Positions 1 to 9,600 of a stretch of DNA of 64,000 bases are shown here, in pieces. The DNA comes from a virus. The notes beneath the pieces are model-generated. The model was not told the DNA's origin. It searched no databases and saw nothing but the letters and a program-made list of their open reading frames with translations. Location: IMG/VR virus record IMGVR_UViG_3300046048_000227, positions 37,695 through 101,694 of that record; one strand, given 5' to 3'. Each line of letters starts with the position of its first letter. Positions within the stretch are counted from its first letter, which is position 1. Made by a program: the position numbers and the translations under genes.

Positions 1-26
1 GCGACCTAGACGTAACTCTAGACTAA
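1..26 (+). CDS. 3' end of an upstream gene (...DLDVTLD*), probably a small virion structural protein
   Basis: GAC CTA GAC GTA ACT CTA GAC TAA at 3-26; resembles the C-terminus of small phage proteins that precede Gly/Thr/Ala-repeat genes (from memory, unverified). Confidence 0.4.
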
Positions 27-109
27 TTATATAAGGTGGTCTACGCATGGAAAAGCTCCTGCTGTTTGCATTACAGTCGGAGCATTCTTTGCTTTAGGAG
101 GAGATTGCT

Positions 110-403
110 ATGGCTGTACAGATTATAGAATTTTGGACAGATTTACTTGAAGATGCTGGTGTTACTTGGAACATAGAATTTCACATGCTAGTTAGACAAG
201 CTAATGATGATCTTGAGTGGCACTATTACGGCACTGATCCAGTAGCTGTACCACCTACTGGTATATATGCTGGAGAAACAATAATAGAATACGCAAGAGT
301 GCAGTTTCCTTCTGGTTTTAATGACTTACCACAAGGTGAATCAGCACACCACTTGTACCAGCTTGGTAGATTAGCAGGAATGAATAGAGAAGGGCACTAC
401 TAA
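110..403 (+). CDS. hypothetical protein
   Basis: 97-aa ORF, AGGAGG RBS, TAATG coupling to the next gene. Confidence 0.75.
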   Translation: MAVQIIEFWTDLLEDAGVTWNIEFHMLVRQANDDLEWHYYGTDPVAVPPTGIYAGETIIEYARVQFPSGFNDLPQGESAHHLYQLGRLAGMNREGHY

Positions 404-1827
404 TGACAGTTCGTTACGTTGGTAAGGGTGGAAGTGACTCCGCAGATGGGCTATCTTGGGCTAACAGGAAGTTAACACTAAACGGCGCAGAAGACTCCCC
501 TGTAGTAGCTGGAGATATTATTTACGTTGGGCCTGGAGTTTATAGGGAAATGTTAACTTGTGACGTTAGTGGTACCGCTGGTAACTGGATAACTTATGTA
601 GGAGATGTTACAGGAGTCTACACAGATGGTATAGGAGAAGCTGTAACTATTACAGCTTCTGATGACGATATATCTGCTACAAGGTCAAGGGCTGTATATT
701 TAAATGCCACGGACTACAGACGTTTTGAAGGTTTTACTATGTTTGCTGGTGTAAATGACTGTCTTAATGGCTATGATATAGTACACGCTCACTTAGAAAA
801 CTGTACTTTTATGGGTAACGAATCAGCAACCGTAGAGCTAGTAAATATTAGAGGCCCCCTTGATGAAAATTTTTATGTTGGTGTCAAGAATTGTATATTT
901 ATTGGAGCAACAACACAACTAAAACTTTATTCAGACGCCCTTAACCAATTTATTTCTTATGAGGACGTAGAGAGTTGTCTTTTTATTGGTGGGAGAGGAG
1001 GAGGAACAACTACTTATGGTATTTGGTTCCAGCATTATGACGACTTTACAGCAAAAAACTGTACCTTTATTGGACTTGACCGCGCTGTGAGTTTCCAAAA
1101 TTTAGACGTAAGTATTGGCGGCGGAAGGGTATATAATTGTTTGTTTGATAATAACGGCACTGCTTTGTACTCTGACGGTACTGGAGCAGGTACAAAAGTA
1201 ATTGAAAATTTCAATAATGTATCAGACACTAACGAAATAGCTAGAACAAATATTAATACTGGCTCAGATTCAGTAGCGTATGCTACCTTATATAGCTCTC
1301 CAATACTACACGAGGCATTAGCAAGATTTCCTTGGCTGTATGGAGAGCTACTAAGCAGGTCTTCTTTTACAAGAAGAACGGGGACTGCAGCGGATTATGC
1401 AGCCAACGATCTCTACGATATAGTAAGACCAACTACTAATGCAAAAAGGTCTTGGGGTGCCTTTCAGTTTCAAGAAATTGAAAGAGAAACAACTACAGTA
1501 CACGATAGTTCAGTAGCTTCTATTAAACTACCAGATGCTGCTAGACACCAGATATTTTTACCAGTAAAAAATAGCAGTACAACAATTTCTGTTTACTGCT
1601 ACCGTGAAACTAATTATGCTGGCACTCTTCCTCAGTTAGTGGTCAAAGAACCAGGACAATCAAGTAGAACAGACACAGATACTGGAAGTTCTGGCGTTTG
1701 GAACCAGTTATCAATTAATTTTACTCCAGCCGTTAACACTAACTTCGTAGTAGTAGAGTTGGTAAGCAACAACACAGCTATAAGCGGCAGCTATGCTGCA
1801 TTTTTTGACACATTGGGAGTATCTTAA
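403..1827 (+). CDS. right-handed beta-helix (pectate lyase-like) virion protein, paralog 1
   Basis: N-terminal YVGKGGSDSADGLSW...GDIIYVGPGVYRE cap motif and repeated NCxF ladders; shares its C-terminal domain with the next ORF. Confidence 0.75.
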   Translation: MTVRYVGKGGSDSADGLSWANRKLTLNGAEDSPVVAGDIIYVGPGVYREMLTCDVSGTAGNWITYVGDVTGVYTDGIGEAVTITASDDDISATRSRAVYLNATDYRRFEGFTMFAGVNDCLNGYDIVHAHLENCTFMGNESATVELVNIRGPLDENFYVGVKNCIFIGATTQLKLYSDALNQFISYEDVESCLFIGGRGGGTTTYGIWFQHYDDFTAKNCTFIGLDRAVSFQNLDVSIGGGRVYNCLFDNNGTALYSDGTGAGTKVIENFNNVSDTNEIARTNINTGSDSVAYATLYSSPILHEALARFPWLYGELLSRSSFTRRTGTAADYAANDLYDIVRPTTNAKRSWGAFQFQEIERETTTVHDSSVASIKLPDAARHQIFLPVKNSSTTISVYCYRETNYAGTLPQLVVKEPGQSSRTDTDTGSSGVWNQLSINFTPAVNTNFVVVELVSNNTAISGSYAAFFDTLGVS

Positions 1828-3218
1828 TGACTACTTATTACGTAGGTAAAGGCGGAGATAACGCCAACAATGGAACAACTTGGGCACTTAGAAAACTTAC
1901 TTTAAATGGTGCTGAGGACATACCAGTAACTTCAGGTGACGTTGTTTATGTAGGCCCTGGTGTATATAGAGAGCAGTTAACACTAGATGTTTCTGGAACA
2001 AGTACAATAGAGTACATAGGGGATGTTACTGGAGCAAACACAGATGGTATAGGAGGGGAAGTAGTAATATCTGGATCAGATAATGATCAAACAACAACTA
2101 GAAACTACGGAATATGGGGCATTTCTAAAAATAATAGATCATTTACTAATTTTTGTTTCGAAATGCACGGAAGTATATCTATTACTTCAGATGATTCAGA
2201 TGATTTTGTTATAAAAAACTGTGTATTTCGTGGTTATGACGACTATGCTACGGGTGGTGCTATATTCTCTGGTGTTGGTTCTGGTTATACAATTCTTGTA
2301 TCTAGCTGCGCTTTTATTGGGGTAGGTGCAGCAGTTGTATTTTCTTCAATAAGCTCTGTTGATCTTACTTCTCCTAGCGGAGTTAATAATTGCGTGTTCA
2401 TTAATACTTCAACAAACACTACAAGAAGCTCAATAAAATTTACTAATGTAGGTGGTGCCACAGTAAAAGGTTGTACTTTTTTTGGTGCTCTTCGAGGAGT
2501 AGAAACTTCTGCAAGTATAAACTCATCTATAACTGTTATTGATTCTGTGTTCTTAGGCGTTGGATATGCTATGATAGCTGGAACTTCTGGAGACCTGACA
2601 GAAGATTATAACAGTATTTTTGATTGCGAAGTACCAAGAACTTTAGTATTTACTGGATCAAATTCAGACGAAAAGCCTTTATATCCAAAAGAACCAATTC
2701 TTTCAGGCGGTTATAAGTTTCCTAATAATATATTGTTTCTGTCCCAACTAAGTACTATAAAAGACGTAGGTGTTAACTCCTCTTCTCTACCTATAGATTT
2801 ATTTAGTTTAACAAGACCAGTAACAGATTCTAAAAAATCAAGAGGAGCAGTACAATTCAATAATTCTCCTACAAGAGAAACGACTACTACTCACGGAAGC
2901 TCTGCTGCTTCCATAAAACTTACCGACGCTCACAGGCACCAAATATTTGTGCCTGTTTCAGCAGAAAGCACTACAATTACAGTGTATTGCTACCGTGAGA
3001 CTAACTATGCTGGTACACTACCTCAAATGGTGATTAGAGAGCCTGGACAAACAGCAAGAACAACCACAGACACAGGCAGTTCAGGTGCTTGGAACCAATT
3101 AAGCGATACTTTCACTCCTTCTGGAGATACAGATTATGTAATTGTAGAATTAGTAAGTAACAACACAGCAACAAGCGGAGATTACGATGTGTTCTTTGAT
3201 ACTATGGGAGACTTGTAA
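1827..3218 (+). CDS. right-handed beta-helix virion protein, paralog 2
   Basis: YYVGKGGDNANNGTTW...GDVVYVGPGVYRE and NCVF repeats; C-terminal VYCYRETNYAGTLPQ identical to paralog 1. Confidence 0.75.
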   Translation: MTTYYVGKGGDNANNGTTWALRKLTLNGAEDIPVTSGDVVYVGPGVYREQLTLDVSGTSTIEYIGDVTGANTDGIGGEVVISGSDNDQTTTRNYGIWGISKNNRSFTNFCFEMHGSISITSDDSDDFVIKNCVFRGYDDYATGGAIFSGVGSGYTILVSSCAFIGVGAAVVFSSISSVDLTSPSGVNNCVFINTSTNTTRSSIKFTNVGGATVKGCTFFGALRGVETSASINSSITVIDSVFLGVGYAMIAGTSGDLTEDYNSIFDCEVPRTLVFTGSNSDEKPLYPKEPILSGGYKFPNNILFLSQLSTIKDVGVNSSSLPIDLFSLTRPVTDSKKSRGAVQFNNSPTRETTTTHGSSAASIKLTDAHRHQIFVPVSAESTTITVYCYRETNYAGTLPQMVIREPGQTARTTTDTGSSGAWNQLSDTFTPSGDTDYVIVELVSNNTATSGDYDVFFDTMGDL

Positions 3219-3439
3219 TGAATTTTGATAAGTGGGTTAATGGAGTGCCCTTCTTTACAGCATACCCTAACGATCCAGCAATAAGTCCTGTTACCTTTGA
3301 TGTGCCTATCTTAGGGAATATGACTTTTCTTGATATCCCACTACAATCTATTATAAGAACATATCCATTCACAGACGCCTACACAGGTACAACAGGAGAC
3401 CCATGGAATGTGGAAAAATGGGATATAACTTCGGGATAA
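3218..3439 (+). CDS. small protein ending in a free 'PFTDAYTGTTGDPW..KW' strand
   Basis: 73-aa ORF coupled by TAATG; C-terminus resembles that of 4338..6653. Confidence 0.65.
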   Translation: MNFDKWVNGVPFFTAYPNDPAISPVTFDVPILGNMTFLDIPLQSIIRTYPFTDAYTGTTGDPWNVEKWDITSG

Positions 3440-3444
3440 TATAA

Positions 3445-4341
3445 ATGGCAACCAGATTCTATTTACCTTTAAGCGGAACAGCGGCAGTATCTCCATCTTA
3501 TAGCAATCAAGCTTGGGGAGATACAACTATTGCTGCGCGACATGCGGCGGTAACTACTAGAATTAACTCTACTATGACCGACGTAGAGTTTCCAGATGAT
3601 GGGGACGATACCGATAAGGATATTCTGGTTAGACAACACGTATCTGACCCAATAGCCGCTCAAACTATTTCTGCACAAACTATAAAATTCCAAATACGGG
3701 GAGCGGAACCGTTTTCTGTAAATAATTTGTACACCTCTATTGCCATATATGTTGTTTCAAATGATGGCTCTACTGTTCGTGGTGTTATTTTATCTCTATC
3801 TAGAGACACCAGTGAGCTTGCTTTATACTTAGAAAACAGGCAATTCTCAGCAACATCCTCTCAAGTAGTAGCACAATCTGGTGATCGCATAATAATTGAA
3901 ACAGGTTTTGGTGGTAATCCCAATAATAACCAAGACCATGCTGGTACTCTCAGCTACGGTGATGATAGCACTACTGACCTAGGAGAAAACAATACTGATA
4001 CTGCCGCTTACAATCCTTGGGTTGAGTTTGCTAACACTCTGGACTTTGTTGGTACTGCTACATTTGCCTTTCCTGAAGTGGATGGATTTGTGACGATAAA
4101 CTGGAATAAGACTTCTCTTCTGCTAAATAGCATTAACTGGGACGTGAACAGTACTGGGTCTCTCAAGATATTGATGGAAAATGCTGGCACTCCAATTATC
4201 GACCTGGACATTACGTGCCCTAATACCGACAGCGAGGCTATACCTGGAACTTATAATCTAGAAAACTATAACGACCCCGATAAAGGGGAACGGTTGAGAT
4301 GGCCTACTGACCTTGTCTTCCTCGTGAGTATGCAATCATGA
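3445..4341 (+). CDS. putative virion structural protein
   Basis: 298-aa beta-rich ORF inside the appendage cluster; ATGA overlap with the next gene. Confidence 0.65.
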   Translation: MATRFYLPLSGTAAVSPSYSNQAWGDTTIAARHAAVTTRINSTMTDVEFPDDGDDTDKDILVRQHVSDPIAAQTISAQTIKFQIRGAEPFSVNNLYTSIAIYVVSNDGSTVRGVILSLSRDTSELALYLENRQFSATSSQVVAQSGDRIIIETGFGGNPNNNQDHAGTLSYGDDSTTDLGENNTDTAAYNPWVEFANTLDFVGTATFAFPEVDGFVTINWNKTSLLLNSINWDVNSTGSLKILMENAGTPIIDLDITCPNTDSEAIPGTYNLENYNDPDKGERLRWPTDLVFLVSMQS

Positions 4342-6653
4342 CAATAGAGAACGGATACTTTATATACAGTGAGAACGACACTACTCACGATTTAACTGTC
4401 ACAGTCTCAAGTAATAGCGACAGGATATTGGATATTCAGATCATTGTATACGGTGGGGATTATTTATCTAGTGTTGTGCTAGACCCAGGTGGAAATGACG
4501 AGGTTGCACTAGAGTTGCAATCTGGTAATGATGGTGTGGCTTTCTACGGGTCTACCTACTATATAATTAATGCAACTCCTGGAGCAGGTCAAACGCTTAG
4601 AGTAATAACATCTTCTTCCTGTGATGTGCTTATCTCTGTGCTAGATTTGTCCAACATGGACACAACCGCTATTGAAAATGGCTATGCTGTTGGAACTGGC
4701 ACTACCAATGCTCCAACAGTATCATTTTCTACTACCGAAGATGGCGGTCATGTTCATAGTGCGTTTATATCTCAAGCAAATTCCGGTGCAGGAGTAGGAA
4801 CGTGGAGCGGGGTAACTGGGCAAACAACCTTAGATGCAACCGACCAAGGACTCGACCAAACAGGTAGTGCCTATGCTACGCAAACCAGTGCGGGTACTAT
4901 CACTATGAACTACTCAACAACACAAACTGATAACTGGTTGTGTATCGGCACAGCATGGGCAGTTTCATCTGGGCCGGCAGTAGTAACAGGAACAGCTACT
5001 TTATCTGGTACAGGTACATTAACTGCTGCTGGAGATCGAGTACCTATTGTATCTACTGGTTCCGCTACACTAACAGGAACAGGTACGTTAACTGCTTCTG
5101 GCGATAGAGTAATAGTTATTTACACTGGCTCTGTTACAATGAGTGGTATTGGAGCATTAAACGCCACAGCAATAGCCATAAACACAGGATCAGCTACTTT
5201 AGCTGGTACTGGCACATTAGCTGGTATAGGTATAGCATTAAGCTTTGGTACAGCTACGCTTACTGGAACAGGTACATTAACAGCGGCTGGTGAAGCAATA
5301 TCTGCTGTAATTACTGGCTCCGTAACCATGGCTGGAACTGGCACTCTAGCTAGCGCAGGCGTGCAGCTAACTACCGAAGTAGTCATTGGCGAAAACAATA
5401 ATGGTTATATCTCTGCTTTGCCTGGAGAGTATGGTAGAGCTATAAGTAGTATGGCAGACACACAAGATGTAATGCTAACCTACTCTCTACAATTCTCAGA
5501 TACTGGTGGTTCTTTCTTGCATAGAACGTTCTTAAGGGCTTCTGGAGACTGGGCAGCGGCAACATTGCCTACTACTGGTGTAGAATTTGAGATCGACAAC
5601 GTTAACGGTACCGTAGATATCTATAATATAACTACTGGTTCTAGATCAGCGTCACAAGCCAACGGTACCTACACAAATGATACTGTTCTTAAACAAGTTA
5701 AGATAGAAGTAGCTGGTACTACTGCTAGAATAAAAATTTGGAATGACGGTAGCGCAGAACCTGGAACTTGGGCTGCTACATGGTCTTCAGCACCACAAAA
5801 CTCTGGTACTTTACAGCTTGGGCTATGGTCTACCACAGACTGGCACAAAATAACTATAGACGATGTACTAGCCACGTATCCAGCAGTTACTGGTTCAGTA
5901 ACCATGGCCGGTACTGGTGCCTTGACTGCCTCAGCTATAGGAATTTCAAGCAGCACAGCTACGTTAGCTGGACAAGGAACATTGACAGCAACAGCGATAG
6001 CTGTAAGTAATGGTACTGTCACTTTATCTGGTACAGGCACGATTATAGCCGCTGGTTCTGTAATTGGTATCTTGCTAGGAACTGCTACACTGTCAGGAAC
6101 TGGCACGCTAACTGGTACTGGTATTGCTTTAAGCTCTGGAACCGTAACATTAACAGGTACTGGTACTCTTACAGCAGCAGGAGATATAGCTACTGCCATA
6201 GAAACAGGTTCAGCTACATTGTCTGGTACTGGTGTATTAACTGGTATTGGTATAGCCATAAGCAATGGTACAATTACTATGTCTGGAGCGGGTACTTTAA
6301 CAGCTTCAGGAATAGGTATTGCTAATGGCACAGCTACGCTAACAGGTACAGGTACTTTAACTGCTTACGGAACTGTTCCTGCTGGAATAGAGACTGGTAG
6401 TGCTACTCTTGTAGGTACTGGGGCACTAACAGGAATAGGTATTGCTATCTCCTTTGGTACAGCTACCTTAACTGGTGCAGGTACTTTAACAACAAGCAGC
6501 TTGGCTATAACTACAGGAGCAAGCACATTAACAGGAGTAGGCACACTTACAGCAACAGGGCAGGGAGCTTATCCGTTCCCATTCTTTGATGATTTTACTG
6601 GCGTAACAGGCGATCCACTAGACAGCACTAAGTGGACACAGGCGGTAACATAA
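4338..6653 (+). CDS. fibre/appendage protein with ~20-aa GTATLxGTGTLTA repeats and one ConA/LamG-like domain
   Basis: Tandem G[TS]ATL[STA]G[TA]G[TA]LTA repeats flank a beta-sandwich domain (...RIKIWNDGSAEPGTW...IDD). Confidence 0.75.
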   Translation: MTIENGYFIYSENDTTHDLTVTVSSNSDRILDIQIIVYGGDYLSSVVLDPGGNDEVALELQSGNDGVAFYGSTYYIINATPGAGQTLRVITSSSCDVLISVLDLSNMDTTAIENGYAVGTGTTNAPTVSFSTTEDGGHVHSAFISQANSGAGVGTWSGVTGQTTLDATDQGLDQTGSAYATQTSAGTITMNYSTTQTDNWLCIGTAWAVSSGPAVVTGTATLSGTGTLTAAGDRVPIVSTGSATLTGTGTLTASGDRVIVIYTGSVTMSGIGALNATAIAINTGSATLAGTGTLAGIGIALSFGTATLTGTGTLTAAGEAISAVITGSVTMAGTGTLASAGVQLTTEVVIGENNNGYISALPGEYGRAISSMADTQDVMLTYSLQFSDTGGSFLHRTFLRASGDWAAATLPTTGVEFEIDNVNGTVDIYNITTGSRSASQANGTYTNDTVLKQVKIEVAGTTARIKIWNDGSAEPGTWAATWSSAPQNSGTLQLGLWSTTDWHKITIDDVLATYPAVTGSVTMAGTGALTASAIGISSSTATLAGQGTLTATAIAVSNGTVTLSGTGTIIAAGSVIGILLGTATLSGTGTLTGTGIALSSGTVTLTGTGTLTAAGDIATAIETGSATLSGTGVLTGIGIAISNGTITMSGAGTLTASGIGIANGTATLTGTGTLTAYGTVPAGIETGSATLVGTGALTGIGIAISFGTATLTGAGTLTTSSLAITTGASTLTGVGTLTATGQGAYPFPFFDDFTGVTGDPLDSTKWTQAVT

Positions 6654-9600
6654 TGGCACAATTTGGTCGTCCAGATGCAGACATTACCACAACTAACTGG
6701 GGAATAACTCCTTTATTTTCAAAAATAAATGAAGTAAGTCCTTCAGAGCTTGATTACATCACTGCGGTAGCTAACGCAACAGCAACCGCAGAAGTTGGCT
6801 TACCTGATCTGGACGACCCTACTTCTTCTAGCTTACATACAATTAGATTTAGAGCAAGAGCAGAGAAAACTAATAAGGCGGCACTGTTAACAACATCTTT
6901 GGTGCAAGGTACTACCATAATAGGATCGTTAGTACTGGACGCAGAAGTAGACATGACAACAAGCTTTGCGTCGTACTCCTTTACACTAACTAGCGGAGAA
7001 GCTGACAACATAACAGACTATACAGACTTGCGCTTACGTTTTGAACAAACAACTGCTACAGCAGGTAACTTTGTGGAAGTTTCTTGGGCTGAGTTTGAGA
7101 TACCAGATGCCATTGTTATTCATACAGGCACAGTAACTATGTCTGGTACTGGTGCGTTATCTTCAGGCAGCACAGTAATACCAGGAACTACAAAGTCTGG
7201 ATCAACTACGTTAGTGGGTACTGGTGCACTGTCTGCTGCTGGCATACGAATAGGCACAGAAGCAGCAATTAATGCAAATGCGGGAAGGTTATTTGTCCTT
7301 ACTGATAGCAATTATGTACGTGCTAGAGCCTACGTAGAGACTACCCACAGTGACTACGAAGTAAACCACACTCTACAATTCTCTGATATTACTGGTGCTT
7401 ACATATATAGGGTTTACGTGCGTGCTTCAGACGATTGGGCAGACAGTGATAAACCAACTACTGCTGTTGAGTTTGCTATAGACCCTGTAAACGGCACTAT
7501 TAATATATATAACATTACAAGTGGTTCTCGTGGAGCATCACAAGACAGTGATACTTTTACAGCAAACACTAACTTAAAGAATTTACGCATCCAATGTGAC
7601 GGTACTACAGTACGGGCTAAAATTTGGGAAGGCTCAGAACCTGCAACTTGGAATGTATCTTGGTCTTCAGCACCAACTAACAACGGTGTTGTACAAATAG
7701 GTCTTTGGTCTACTACAGGACAGCACTATGTAGACTTAGATGATTTTGACGTTGACGATGTACAAGGAGCAGTGTCTGGTTCTGTCACAATGTCTGGCAC
7801 AGGAACATTATCTGCTTCAGGAATAGCTATAAGTAGGGGAACTGCTACATTAACAGGCACTGGTGCGCTAACTACTGTTGGTTTGGCTATAAGCAATGGC
7901 ACAGCTACACTCTCTGGCACAGGCACATTAACTGCCGCAGGAGATAAGGTTGCAGTTATCTATACTGGCACAGTTACCATGTCTGGTTCTGGCGTGCTAA
8001 CTAGTGTTGGTATAGCAATTAGTTCAGGCACTGTAACATTCTCAGGAACAGGCGCATTAACTGGTATAGGTATAGGAATTGCCTCATCAACAGCTACTTT
8101 GGCTGGTATAGGAACGCTGGCTAGCACAAGTCTGGCGATCTCAAACGGTACCGCAACTCTTAGTGGAGTAGGTACACTGTCTGCTGCTGGAGATGTAGCG
8201 TCTGTCACTTCCTACGGCACTGTAACTATGTCAGGCACTGGTGCATTAAGTGCTTCAGCTATAGCTACCTCTTTTGGAACAGCCACACTAAGCGGGGCAG
8301 GAACGCTAGCTGCAATTGGTTTGGCTATTTCCTTGGGCACAGCTACACTTTCAGGCGTAGGTACATTGTCTGCACAAGGCACAGTAGGCGGAGTAGTAGA
8401 AGGCACTGTAACTATGACAGGGACAGGAGCACTTTCTGCTTCAGCAATTGCTATCAGCAACGGAACTGCTACATTAGCTGGTATTGGCGCATTAGACGCC
8501 ATAGGCATAGCTATAGCTAACGGCACAGCTACGCTATCAGGTGCTGGTGCTTTAACTGCCTTTGCTACAACGTTTGCAGTAGGAAAAGCAACGCTATCAG
8601 GTACTGGAGCGTTATCTGCTACAGCTATAGCGATCTCCACAGGCACAGCTACACTAGTAGGAACTGGAACTCTATCCGCTAGTGGTACAGTAGGTGGAGT
8701 AATCTCTGGTACTGTTACCTTAGCTGGCACTGGAACTATAACAGCTTCAGCTATAGCTATAAGTTCAGGAACTGCTACCCTAAGTGGTACAGGTACGCTA
8801 ACTGCTACTGGAGATAGGGTAGCTGCTATACATACAGGCACTGTTACTATGTCGGGCACTGGTGCTCTGTCTACATTTGGACTCCAGCTAACTAACGAGA
8901 TTATAATTGACGGGAACAGGGCAAAGATCGCCGCTCTTGCTGGTCACTACGGAACACTGATCACTAAGATGGATGATCAAGAACAGGACTACGTAACTAC
9001 GTATTTCCTACAATTCTCCGATACTGACGGTGCCTACGTTCACAGGCTATTTGTACGTGCCTCTGCTGATTGGGCAGCAAGTGACCGACCAACAACAGGT
9101 ATTGAGTTTGAATTTGACAACACAGACGGTTCAATCACTATATATAATATTGTAGCTGGTGTTCGCTCTGCTTCTCAAGACACAGGCACATTCACAAATA
9201 ACACTAACCTGAAACGTGTTAAGATAGAGAATGACGGCACAACAGTTAGGGCTAAGATATGGGATGATGGCTCCGGCGAACCTGGAACATGGGATGTATC
9301 ATGGTCTTCCGCTCCACAGAACGCAGGAGTAACACAAGCTGGTCTATGGTGCACAACTGGTTGGCACTCTATCCACCTAGACGACTTTAACGTATCTTAC
9401 TTAGCAATTACTGGCTCTGTTACTATGTCAGGGACTGGTACATTAACTGCCTCTGCTAGCACAGACGCTTACGCAACAGCTACATTAGCTGGAGTAGGTA
9501 CACTAAACGCAATAGGAATAGCTATTAGTAGTGGAACTGCTACACTAAGTGGCACTGGTACAATTACTGCTTCTTCTATAGCGATCTCTAACGGCACAGC

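Noticed and set aside
403-3218. Possible DGR template/variable repeat pair between the paralog C-termini
   Set aside because: Differences are mostly synonymous and not adenine-specific; no reverse transcriptase in the window.
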